Positions 37,401-45,549 of a stretch of 62,520 nucleotides of DNA are shown piece by piece. Positions within the stretch are counted from its first letter, which is position 1. Every line of letters begins with the position of its first letter. The translations under genes and the position numbers were made by a program. Below the pieces are notes generated by a model. It was not told the origin of the DNA. It saw nothing but the letters and a program-made list of their open reading frames with translations, and searched no databases. Location: IMG/VR virus record IMGVR_UViG_3300042861_000978, positions 1 through 62,520 of that record. The stretch is one strand, 5' to 3'. Origin of the DNA: a virus. Its lineage: Duplodnaviria; Caudoviricetes.

Positions 37401-39631
37401 CTAACAGCAGATCCATTATCTCTAAATACTTGAGCATTTAGTGGTACTTTTTTCAACTGCGCTGCGGGATTAAACCCAATGTAAACACGATAGGTAAAAG
37501 TACCAGTATTATCAGATGACCAATCAATAGTACAATTTGCTACATTATATTGATCAAAATTATCATCTGGTATTAGCCTTATTACGTCATATTCAGCTGG
37601 ACCTATACTAGCTCTTCCAGATTTCCATATAGGTCTTGTTAAAGAACAAAATTCATAATTTGTTCCTACTTTCATTTCTTCTTCTATTGGTAAACCAGTA
37701 ATTACATCTGTATATTCAAATATTCCATCTTCTTTAGGAATTACCAACCAAGCTTTTATATCTCCAAACTTATTATTTGTTTCTGTAAGAAAAGGATCTT
37801 CATTTAAATCATTGTAAGGGTAGTTTGGGAAATAGAAAGATTGTTCTTCTCTTTTATATTCTCCTACATTTCTAAGAATACCTTTTGCTACAATAGATTT
37901 ATTTGTTCCTCTATCTCCTCTTAGTATTTTAAATCCTACAATTTCATTTTTTTGTTCTGTTGTAAGAGAAGAAGAATTAATAATATCTGCAACTTGTTTA
38001 ACATCTATTCTTATTCCAAGAGGGAATACAGCTGTAGTCCCCATTTCCATACTATTTATTCCTGAAAATATTTTTTCTTCAAATATTGGACTTACAAGAA
38101 CATCAGGAAACTTATGGTGTCTAATTGGTTTACCAGCTAAGTCTCCCCATATTTCTTCTACACATGGATATAAATCTTCTGACTCCCAATAAGCAAATTT
38201 TCCATACTCATAAGGACCTTTATAAGAATTTTTAGCAACATACCCTGGAGACTTAGAAATAACAGAAGCTGTATTATATATTTTCCAATAAGGACTATAT
38301 CCTACTGTCTTATCAAAATTATAAGATGTAGGGGTTCCAATAAAATCATTATTAGTTGTTGGTACATCTATATAAGATTCATTTGAGTCTTTTTCTCTTC
38401 CAGGTATATGAAACCCATCTGTTTGTCTTCCATTTGTAAGAAGAAAACAAATTTCTAAAGCATAAACTTCATCTCTTAAATATCCTCTTAGATTTGTTGC
38501 GTTTAATTCATCAGAATAGTTTTCTGTAGCAGGTATTCTCCAAGTTTCCCATTGGAGATTTATTTTATTTGCTATTGACTGATAATTAACTTTACTTATA
38601 GTTGTAAGATCACTCCATACTAATATATCTTGTACAGAAGTTACATCATTTGCTATATCATAATAGGGTTGTTTTTCAAATATATCACTTATTGCTAAAC
38701 GTATATTAGTTACATTTTGCCCTGTGTATGTAAGTTTTTCTGTAGGATTATTAATAAAGTATGTTCCTACTAATTCTACGGATGAAATAGCATTAACTGT
38801 TTTAATTACAGCTAGGTTATAATATTGAAACTGTCCTGTAGCATCTAGGTTTGATATTGATAGTATAACAGACTTTCCAACATTATAATCAAAGTTGGGA
38901 GTAGTAAGTTGTGTATCAGCAATAGGTGTTGGGTTAGTAACTGAGTAATATGATGTATATGGATTACCAGCAGCATCTGCATATTGAATAGCAAACTGAA
39001 CAGTTCCTGCTGTTAAGTTTCCTCCACTAACAACATCAACAACATCAATATTAGGAATATTAAAGTTAGGTTGTAACTTAAGTTGATTACAATCTATCTC
39101 ATTTGTAAATTTTAAATTACATTCATCAGAATCTGCAGCTAAAATATAAGGAATAGTTTCAGGATTTAAATCTAAGTATCTTCTAGGGTTTAAACCATCT
39201 GTCCAGTAAATTTCTGTTGTACAATTTGTAATTTTATGTACAACTTTAAGAATAGGGTAATTAATGTCAAAATTTAAACAAGGAGCAGATATAAAAGTGT
39301 GATAGATACAATCATTATTATCCATATAACCAATTTGAGAATCTTTGGTTAAAGGATTTGTAATAAAGAAAATATGTTTATTTTTTTCTTGAATAAAGTG
39401 ACGACCTATAAGAATATAATCTAAAGGAAACTGTAAACAAAATTCATTACCAGGTTCATTTTGGTAATTTACAGAACTCGCATCAAAGTTTTCCATATTA
39501 GCATTAAGAGCATAAGTCAAGGAACCTTTAGGAATCTGATTAACAGATTGATCCATATTAAGGCCTCCTGTACCTGTATTATACTCATTTCTAATATTTC
39601 CTTGAGATTGCTCTTGGGTATTATCTGCCAT
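34442..39631 (-). CDS. Tail muzzle/stabilisation protein (P22 gp10-like), N-terminal major part, ending in a Cys module and a FISUMP (Fib_succ_major) domain
   Basis: GGLNMD..YALNA..EIYWTDGLNPRR..RGYLRDEVY..PIRHHKFPD..GYVGSQ..VDAKRGQVF..GVYDSKFDRVIITK; C-terminal IGTQIWTACNL..YGKLYNWYAV..GNWWS..GFAIRLIKD. Confidence 0.8.
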   Translation of the reverse strand: MADNTQEQSQGNIRNEYNTGTGGLNMDQSVNQIPKGSLTYALNANMENFDASSVNYQNEPGNEFCLQFPLDYILIGRHFIQEKNKHIFFITNPLTKDSQIGYMDNNDCIYHTFISAPCLNFDINYPILKVVHKITNCTTEIYWTDGLNPRRYLDLNPETIPYILAADSDECNLKFTNEIDCNQLKLQPNFNIPNIDVVDVVSGGNLTAGTVQFAIQYADAAGNPYTSYYSVTNPTPIADTQLTTPNFDYNVGKSVILSISNLDATGQFQYYNLAVIKTVNAISSVELVGTYFINNPTEKLTYTGQNVTNIRLAISDIFEKQPYYDIANDVTSVQDILVWSDLTTISKVNYQSIANKINLQWETWRIPATENYSDELNATNLRGYLRDEVYALEICFLLTNGRQTDGFHIPGREKDSNESYIDVPTTNNDFIGTPTSYNFDKTVGYSPYWKIYNTASVISKSPGYVAKNSYKGPYEYGKFAYWESEDLYPCVEEIWGDLAGKPIRHHKFPDVLVSPIFEEKIFSGINSMEMGTTAVFPLGIRIDVKQVADIINSSSLTTEQKNEIVGFKILRGDRGTNKSIVAKGILRNVGEYKREEQSFYFPNYPYNDLNEDPFLTETNNKFGDIKAWLVIPKEDGIFEYTDVITGLPIEEEMKVGTNYEFCSLTRPIWKSGRASIGPAEYDVIRLIPDDNFDQYNVANCTIDWSSDNTGTFTYRVYIGFNPAAQLKKVPLNAQVFRDNGSAVRFSVNQFELCALNQLPSSENKGRRSTLSCGKYSPLKANANEETKYRQVFNSPETSFGQPFLGNVLKLENVIYGQGRDHFVQVRNNAKYRLLSKEAQVDALKSSFDIAPNDITARFTAYQAYLTIYVNGITRKNYAYSYNSIADYNYKADIDNNLGIKQREVDIATYLIPGVQNVGDDKNINNFQRESSVFIKTIENREVKDNLIPVTALEFPSQVPDMISSSTGNPIVVDKSRTTISLSDRCASPAEEQPIQVVSYYASLKNVIPNQWGQIYTYKTIDTGFQRINFKNNPEIATVFGGDTFISRFAFKTKLPFFIDNRVNAPDDSDIFYDELGNVSYPKYWHSARSILENYNSAPPMLNIISYKAHNFDCPNDPSQIKQGVTGIPGTFRTYYDGYFYLFAYGIPNFYCETSYNVDLRQAFNNKEGDFWPHVSTGIPDDWVQESYVSIANDNTYTYNTTFSKQNTENTFTHLPDDFKDDVCLTNYPFRAIYSELQNQNADNRINNWLVYKPLSFFDFPQNYGRLISLDGIQNKAVLARFENKSLLYNNLLTVDTSNPQAAYFGNPSLFKGAPPIDFAETDLGYVGSQNKFLLKIPQGQITVDAKRGQVFLIEGTQAADLSAFGSGMNRFFTDHLAFEILRYFPEVPTDNNFTGVGLHGVYDSKFDRVIITKLDYIPIDPDVKYDADKNEYYIETVTYIDAATTTTSTSSTTTTSTTVCTSWGYSIDWIYCETCTISGPATITNSEPLLVNKYYYLNGFKIQINEFLGCTNTVADNNILGSSYEDLCEDVICPPTTTTTTTNCCTLEEVEIGTQIWTACNLDVSTYRDGTPIPQVTDPTQWANLTTGAWCYYNNADDNCYGKLYNWYAVTDPRGLAPVGYHIPSKAEWDTLATFLSSNPGGKLKEVGLTNWNSPNTYATNLYGFTALPSGTRDETGSFDWEGDYGNWWSTTPSSSTNAWSYYTYTLGGGLPGSTTKKTRGFAIRLIKD

Positions 39632-39636
39632 AATGA

Positions 39637-40602
39637 TTAATTATTACGTCTTCTTCCATAACGAGAGATTCTATTAGGAAGCTCATACATATTAAATTTA
39701 TTTAACTGTTGTTTCATTCTATTCATCTTTGTATATACATCTTGCTTCTTAATTTCCATTTCTGCCATTATATAGGCTTCATCTGACAAAGATTTATAGT
39801 ATTGAAGTTTTTGTTGTAACTGATTAAATGTTTCATCATTAGTTTGATTAGCAAGCATTTCAAAAACTTTATACTTAATAAAGTGTTCTACATACTCTCT
39901 AATACGATAATTATCAGGAACTAATTGGTTACCTATTTCATCATAATCTGTTGCATAAAAAATTAAATGTACCACACCATTTCTAAAGTTTGTAACAAAT
40001 TTATTTCCTCTAATATCAAAAGAATCATAAGCAGAACCATAAGGAACATTACCTGTATTATTATGATATTGTCCATACAAATCTAAATTACTAGTGTAAT
40101 TAACATCACAGTTATGTTTAGTAGATATATTACCTGGTTTAAGTAAATAAGCTTGTCTATATGATCTAGCTTGTTGTGTATTAGTTTTGTATACAGCTTG
40201 TACAATATCTGGCATACATTCTGGACATCCTGTTGTACATCCTGTATTTGTACAAGGAGTCCCATTAAATGTAATAGGAGCTATTTGTATAGTTGTAGAT
40301 CCTGTTTGAGAATAAAATGAATTTGCTGTTTGATATGGTAGCAAAGGAATTTCTGCGCACATCCATGCTTCTCTAACAGCATAAAAGTTATCAGGTAGGC
40401 GAGCTTCAAAATCTTGAATTTCTAATGCTATTTCTGCTATAATATAACTAGACTTTCCTAACTTTTTAAGACACTTATCTAAATATGTTGGAAAAAGTAA
40501 ATCATCTACTGCACCTGTATCAAAATAGCTTTTAAGCTCTTCTTTCACTGTAGAGTAAATTGGTTCAGGACTAATAAAATTGTATTTATAATAAAAGCTC
40601 AT
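39637..40602 (-). CDS. Tail ring/tubular protein (P22 gp4-like)
   Basis: Between the IHF-like and muzzle genes as in crAss-like phages; ARLPDNF..TNFRNG.V.L..Y..DE.GNQLVPDN pattern. Confidence 0.7.
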   Translation of the reverse strand: MSFYYKYNFISPEPIYSTVKEELKSYFDTGAVDDLLFPTYLDKCLKKLGKSSYIIAEIALEIQDFEARLPDNFYAVREAWMCAEIPLLPYQTANSFYSQTGSTTIQIAPITFNGTPCTNTGCTTGCPECMPDIVQAVYKTNTQQARSYRQAYLLKPGNISTKHNCDVNYTSNLDLYGQYHNNTGNVPYGSAYDSFDIRGNKFVTNFRNGVVHLIFYATDYDEIGNQLVPDNYRIREYVEHFIKYKVFEMLANQTNDETFNQLQQKLQYYKSLSDEAYIMAEMEIKKQDVYTKMNRMKQQLNKFNMYELPNRISRYGRRRNN

Positions 40603-40607
40603 TGTTT

Positions 40608-41090
40608 TTATTTTTTAATGTTCCACTCACAATAAATATGTTGATATTTATCATCAGTATTAATATAGTGTGCTAGTAGTCTAGATGTCACTCTTGAAGG
40701 CTTAAAATACCAAAGATTAGAAAACCTAAATCTTGCAGGGTCCTTAAACCAATGCCAACCAAAAAAGTATCCTTCTGTATGATAATTAAAGTTGTATATA
40801 ACTTTTCCTTTTTCTTTTGTTTTTTTCCAATCTATAGGAAGATTGATAAATTCTTTTGTACCATTACTTTTTATTTTTCTTCTTTTCTTTTTGTTTATAG
40901 AAAAGTATCCAAATCCACATGGTAGTTGAATTTTTTCTCCTGTTTCTAAAATATAGTCTCTAAAAGCTTCGTTAAAAGAATATACTATTATTCTCCAATC
41001 ATCATAAGAAAGATTTATTTCAGGATGAGCTTTACAAAAAGCTATGTAATTTTCTTTACTTGAAGATCTAAACTCAACTTTTACTCTCAT
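40608..41090 (-). CDS. HU/IHF-like DNA-binding protein
   Basis: ILETGEKIQLPCGFGYFSINKKK resembles the HU/IHF signature; basic; crAss-like gene order. Confidence 0.7.
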   Translation of the reverse strand: MRVKVEFRSSSKENYIAFCKAHPEINLSYDDWRIIVYSFNEAFRDYILETGEKIQLPCGFGYFSINKKKRRKIKSNGTKEFINLPIDWKKTKEKGKVIYNFNYHTEGYFFGWHWFKDPARFRFSNLWYFKPSRVTSRLLAHYINTDDKYQHIYCEWNIKK

Positions 41091-41095
41091 ATATA

Positions 41096-41824
41096 TTAAC
41101 TAGTAGGCTTAGTGTTAGGAGCTTGACCATCTATTCCATCTGCTGTTATATCAGTTTTTAATGAGAAATATGTAGATAGAAGTTTTTGAGATGTTAATTG
41201 TAACACTTGCTGTTCTAAATATCCAGGAAGAGGAAACTTTTTATCTAAAGGATTAATACATATATCTTCTTCTGTATAACTTCTTCCACAATTACAATCC
41301 TCTGAATACATAATGCTGTTAGGGACATCTTCCTCAAAAAATGCAACAAATCTTACTGCTTCTAAATCTGGATTACTTATATATAAATATCCATTAGAAA
41401 TCCAGAAATAAGCTTCTTTTTTAATTATGGGAAGTTTTAAAAGATTTACATATCTATTTACAGATATTTCTTTAAACTTTGTAGCCTTACCCCCTAGCGC
41501 ATTAATAGAGTACACTCCTTGAATAACATATTGATAGTTACCTTCTGATATCCTTGGAAGTTTTTCTTTGCTCCTAGCCACTGTACATTCTTCTACATAA
41601 TCACAACATTCAGATAAAGGAACTTCTTTCATTTCTAAACAAGGAATTGTTGTAAATAATGTATCAGTTGCCCAGAGCTTTCTAAGATTTGTTTCTCTCT
41701 TAATTAATAAAAGAGAATTGTTTCTTATTTCACTTAGTATGGCTCTATCTGTTATGAGTGAATCAGTTGAAAGCAACTTATGAGTTGATCTAACATCTGA
41801 TACTAATTTTCTTCCTGTGCTCAT
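41096..41824 (-). CDS. Tail ring protein
   Basis: Gene order; YFWISNGYLYI..FEE..FPLPGYL pattern and size typical of crAss-like ring proteins. Confidence 0.6.
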   Translation of the reverse strand: MSTGRKLVSDVRSTHKLLSTDSLITDRAILSEIRNNSLLLIKRETNLRKLWATDTLFTTIPCLEMKEVPLSECCDYVEECTVARSKEKLPRISEGNYQYVIQGVYSINALGGKATKFKEISVNRYVNLLKLPIIKKEAYFWISNGYLYISNPDLEAVRFVAFFEEDVPNSIMYSEDCNCGRSYTEEDICINPLDKKFPLPGYLEQQVLQLTSQKLLSTYFSLKTDITADGIDGQAPNTKPTS

Positions 41825-41830
41825 ATTGTT

Positions 41831-43039
41831 TTATATTCTACTCTCGAATTCTGCAATTCTTCCTTTAATAGGATGATACACTGTAGCAATTCCAGCTCTA
41901 ATGTTATTAATATAATTATTATCTAAATGCCATCTGTCTGTTCCTGATAAACTTGGCATCTGTTGGATTCTAACACCTTTAACTTCTTTAGCCATATAAT
42001 GGTGTTTATCTCCTGTATGTACCTCTCTGTATATAGCACAACCAAATGCTTCACTATTTTTACCAGTTGCAAACACTAGTGGCAAATCTTCTATTTTACA
42101 ATTACCATGATGATAACCAATAAATGTGTTGCCCAATAGTACAACTTTTGTTGTAGAATGTTCTCTTTGAAATGTAATATTAGGTTTGTTTGTAAAATAT
42201 ATATCCAAAGCATGTGCCAAATAAAAAGATTTAGTTCTGTCATGATTACCTTGTACAAGAACAACCTTCACATTATCTGAATACGCATTTAATATTGATA
42301 TAGCCGTAACTAATAAATCAAATCCTTCTTCATACTCATTATCATATCCTGTGAGAACATCTTGAGGAGTACCATTTGTAGTTTGATTTTGATAATTGTC
42401 TGTATGGAAAAAATCATTTGAAATAGGAAACACAATAGTTCTTATATCAAAAGAAGCTTTAGCTTTAACTAATAAATCAGTTAATACATATAAAAACTGT
42501 TCTTTTTTAGTTTGAATACTTTCTCCTTCTAATGTTTTTTTAGCTAAATGAAAATCAGCTATAGATATTTCTAAATCTACAATCTCTGTATTAATAGTAG
42601 ATTTTACTAAACTTAATTTAATTTCTTTTGGAGTGTAATTTTTTAAAAATTTAGAAAAATCTTCTGGAGAATAATCTTTAGGAGTTTTTAATTTACTAAA
42701 CACTGAAGAAGTGAATTTTCCTGAAGGAAGCATTTTAGACCAGTAATTTGTAATTACATATTTGTCTAAATTTATTTTATGTAGTTTAGCTAATTCAATA
42801 TCATCTTTAGGATCAAAGTCAGATACTACTGTACTTTCTAGAGTTCCTTTTTCAACATTTACTTTTTTTTCTTCGCTGTAATTTTTAATTATTTCTTCTG
42901 GCTCTTTACTTTTAAGCTCTATTAAAAGCTCATCTACTTCTTGCTCAGTTATATTAAGTTTTTCAGCATAAAACTTTTTACTTCTTTTTTGAGATAACAA
43001 TTTTTCTAATTGGTATAACAATATAGTATTTTCAGCCAT
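41831..43039 (-). CDS. Calcineurin-like metallophosphoesterase with N-terminal HTH-like region
   Basis: Metal-binding motifs ADFH, NDFFH, GNHD, HHG, HTGDKHH. Confidence 0.85.
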   Translation of the reverse strand: MAENTILLYQLEKLLSQKRSKKFYAEKLNITEQEVDELLIELKSKEPEEIIKNYSEEKKVNVEKGTLESTVVSDFDPKDDIELAKLHKINLDKYVITNYWSKMLPSGKFTSSVFSKLKTPKDYSPEDFSKFLKNYTPKEIKLSLVKSTINTEIVDLEISIADFHLAKKTLEGESIQTKKEQFLYVLTDLLVKAKASFDIRTIVFPISNDFFHTDNYQNQTTNGTPQDVLTGYDNEYEEGFDLLVTAISILNAYSDNVKVVLVQGNHDRTKSFYLAHALDIYFTNKPNITFQREHSTTKVVLLGNTFIGYHHGNCKIEDLPLVFATGKNSEAFGCAIYREVHTGDKHHYMAKEVKGVRIQQMPSLSGTDRWHLDNNYINNIRAGIATVYHPIKGRIAEFESRI

Positions 43040-43065
43040 AAAAATTTATATTAATTAAAATAACG

Positions 43066-43098
43066 TAAAGGTATAAAAAAATAATTTGAATAAACAAA
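43066..43098 (-). promoter_or_regulatory. Bacteroidota sigma-A-type promoter for the phosphoesterase-tail operon
   Basis: Minus strand TTTG (43095-43098), 21-nt spacer, TACCTTTA (43066-43073); directly after a terminator. Confidence 0.5.
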
Positions 43099-43117
43099 TA
43101 ATATGCTATTAAATAAT

Positions 43118-43149
43118 AAAAAACTCCCAAGCAAAAATTTACTTGGGAG
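43118..43149 (-). terminator. Intrinsic terminator
   Basis: 8-bp stem CTCCCAAG/CTTGGGAG followed on the minus strand by a T-run; a second hairpin lies at 43152-43184. Confidence 0.75.
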
Positions 43150-43184
43150 ATAAACTCAAAGAAAACCAACAAACTTTAGAGTTT

Positions 43185-43760
43185 TTATACTGTTGTTGTG
43201 GTTGTTGTTGTAGTAGGGCAATTACTTATACTCATAATTACACCACCGACAATTTCTGTTATTTCATTAGTATCTAAATCTGTTATGTAAAAACCATCTT
43301 CTAATAATGTACAATCTGTTGAAAATATTCCTAAATAAACAGTTTCTCCTAATGTAAATGATGCCAATTGACCAGCTTTTCCTTGCATAGTTCCTGAAGG
43401 AATATTTGTATCAAATTCATTAGAAGCTGTACATGCATCAAGAAAAGAACTTGTAAATATAAACTCTGGACCTCCTGATGGTGTATATTTCCAATTAAAA
43501 GATTTATTAATTAACCCTCCAGGTCTTTCACAAGGTGGTTCTGTTAATATTATATCAACATAATTAATACAATACTGAGAAGTAGATTTTACTCTTACAA
43601 CTGATGTAAAGTCAGGAACCAATGTAGATGTATAACCAGAAGTTAAATCAATCTTAGCAACACCCACTTCAAAAGGTGTAACAAACCCATCTAAATCTGA
43701 ATATAGATTAAAAGGACCACTGTCTGATCCTGCTGTTGTTAATGTTATAAATACTGTCAT
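43185..43760 (-). CDS. Virion surface protein: Ig-like module, Cys module, poly-Thr tail
   Basis: Both modules recur in 32012-32878 and 32883-34439; ends TTTTTTTTV. Confidence 0.6.
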   Translation of the reverse strand: MTVFITLTTAGSDSGPFNLYSDLDGFVTPFEVGVAKIDLTSGYTSTLVPDFTSVVRVKSTSQYCINYVDIILTEPPCERPGGLINKSFNWKYTPSGGPEFIFTSSFLDACTASNEFDTNIPSGTMQGKAGQLASFTLGETVYLGIFSTDCTLLEDGFYITDLDTNEITEIVGGVIMSISNCPTTTTTTTTV

Positions 43761-43772
43761 TTTATTTTTGGT

Positions 43773-44375
43773 TTAGCAATTAATTTCTTCTTTTTCCTCC
43801 CCATTTACTATTACAAGTGTATCAATGTCTATACATGGTGTATAGGTTGTATTCCCTAATGTTAAAAGCCCTCCTACTGGATCTCCTAAACAAGTTATTG
43901 CACTCCAACTTCCTCCATCGATTGTTAATGCTTGTAATCCATATATTTTACAAATTAATGGTTTTACTGTAGTAGTAGTTGTAGTTGTACATAAAATTTC
44001 TTCACAAGTTGCAAATCCTTCATCAGGTATTGAAGCATCACTTTCTCCTACATCACATCCTAAATATTCATAAGGAGATATTACAAACTCTCCTAGTTGA
44101 TAAAAATTAAACAGAGTTAAAGGATTTGAGTTATAAAGAAAACTGCTCTCTACAAATTCACAAAGTTCACAAGTTAGAACATCATAAGCATATTGCCATC
44201 TATTACATAATGCAGTGGTTGTAGTGGTTGTAGTGCTGCTTGTAGAAGTTGTTGATGTGCTGGTGCTAGTCGTTGTAGTACTACTACTAGTTGTACTGGT
44301 ACTAGTAGTACATATAAAAGGATTAACTTCTACACACACTCCATTACAATCACACTTTACAAATCCTGTAAACAT
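43773..44375 (-). CDS. Thr-rich, Cys-rich virion surface protein
   Basis: Long Thr/Ser tract, CELC..CEEILC module shared with two other proteins, second Thr tract, small Cys domain. Confidence 0.6.
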   Translation of the reverse strand: MFTGFVKCDCNGVCVEVNPFICTTSTSTTSSSTTTTSTSTSTTSTSSTTTTTTTALCNRWQYAYDVLTCELCEFVESSFLYNSNPLTLFNFYQLGEFVISPYEYLGCDVGESDASIPDEGFATCEEILCTTTTTTTVKPLICKIYGLQALTIDGGSWSAITCLGDPVGGLLTLGNTTYTPCIDIDTLVIVNGEEKEEINC

Positions 44376-44376
44376 A

Positions 44377-45534
44377 TTATGCTGGTATATACATTATGTA
44401 ATAGCAACCAATTGTTGGTTGGTTGTTTTGGTGAGCTTGACTTTGTCCTGTATCTTCTAAAGATACAGTTATATTTGATTCTGATAAAGAAGATAGTCCA
44501 ACAGTTGCTAAAGCTCCAGAAGTAGTAGATTGTAATCTATATGTCTCACTATTACCTCTGTCTTGATACCAAACAATAGGATTAGTAGTAGAAGGTGTTA
44601 TAAAAGGTCCTCCGCCTAAAGCTGTTGTAAAATGAGAATGTTTATTATCATCAACATTTACAATATGTGTATGAATAGGAATTTCAGGAATTCCTAATGT
44701 TACAAAGTTTGTTCCAAAACTAGCACCTAGGGTATAATTAGGATTAAGAGTATTAGATGAAGGATTAACATCTGGAGGAAGTGTATTTCCTCCCATACCA
44801 TTAGTAACACCAGCTAAAACTCTTCCTCTTAAATCAGGTGTACCATTTAAACCATTACAAAAATATATATTTTCATATTCAGATCCTACAATACCAGCTC
44901 CTGTATTAGTAAAGTTATTTAAAAGCGCAGTTGTAGGAAACCAAGGATAAGCTACATAAGGAACCATTTTTGTGTATTGCTTTGTAGTTGGACCAACAAG
45001 ACCTTCATCTTCTAATATATTAACAACTAAATTACTTAATTCATCTTCTAATACATAATTATTTAAACTTAAAATAGTTGTTGTTAATAATTGATCTGTT
45101 TGACACAGCTGATCTATTACTGCTTGAAGAACATTATGTGTATTAGAAAATGTTGTTTCCTCTACTGTTAAACATCCTTCATTATAAGGGCCTTCTAATA
45201 TTTCTAAATTATTAGTAACATTATTAACTAAATCTTGTAAATCACAAGCTGAATCAATAAGAGCTTGTAATAAATCATTTAATGTTGGACCAGCACATCC
45301 TACACAAGGAGGAATATTATTTGCTACTATTGAGCAAACTCCTTCTAAGTCTACAATAGGTTTAATACCTGTTCCATTTAATGTACTAATAAGAAATTGA
45401 GCTAGAGTTTGTTCTACAAATTCTAGTGTATCACCATTTTGAATTCCTAGTGCAGGAATATCTGCTCCTGTATATTTTACACATTTATCTGATGTAATTT
45501 CAGAGCATCCATTAAAACAATTTGTACAAGACAT
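44377..45534 (-). CDS. Tail fibre protein with tail-collar-like C-terminal domain
   Basis: FCNGLNGTPDLRGRV..GTNFVTLGIPEIPIHTH..AHQNNQP..YIMYI; Cys-rich N-terminus and coiled coil. Confidence 0.75.
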   Translation of the reverse strand: MSCTNCFNGCSEITSDKCVKYTGADIPALGIQNGDTLEFVEQTLAQFLISTLNGTGIKPIVDLEGVCSIVANNIPPCVGCAGPTLNDLLQALIDSACDLQDLVNNVTNNLEILEGPYNEGCLTVEETTFSNTHNVLQAVIDQLCQTDQLLTTTILSLNNYVLEDELSNLVVNILEDEGLVGPTTKQYTKMVPYVAYPWFPTTALLNNFTNTGAGIVGSEYENIYFCNGLNGTPDLRGRVLAGVTNGMGGNTLPPDVNPSSNTLNPNYTLGASFGTNFVTLGIPEIPIHTHIVNVDDNKHSHFTTALGGGPFITPSTTNPIVWYQDRGNSETYRLQSTTSGALATVGLSSLSESNITVSLEDTGQSQAHQNNQPTIGCYYIMYIPA

Positions 45535-45549
45535 AATATATATTTTATT

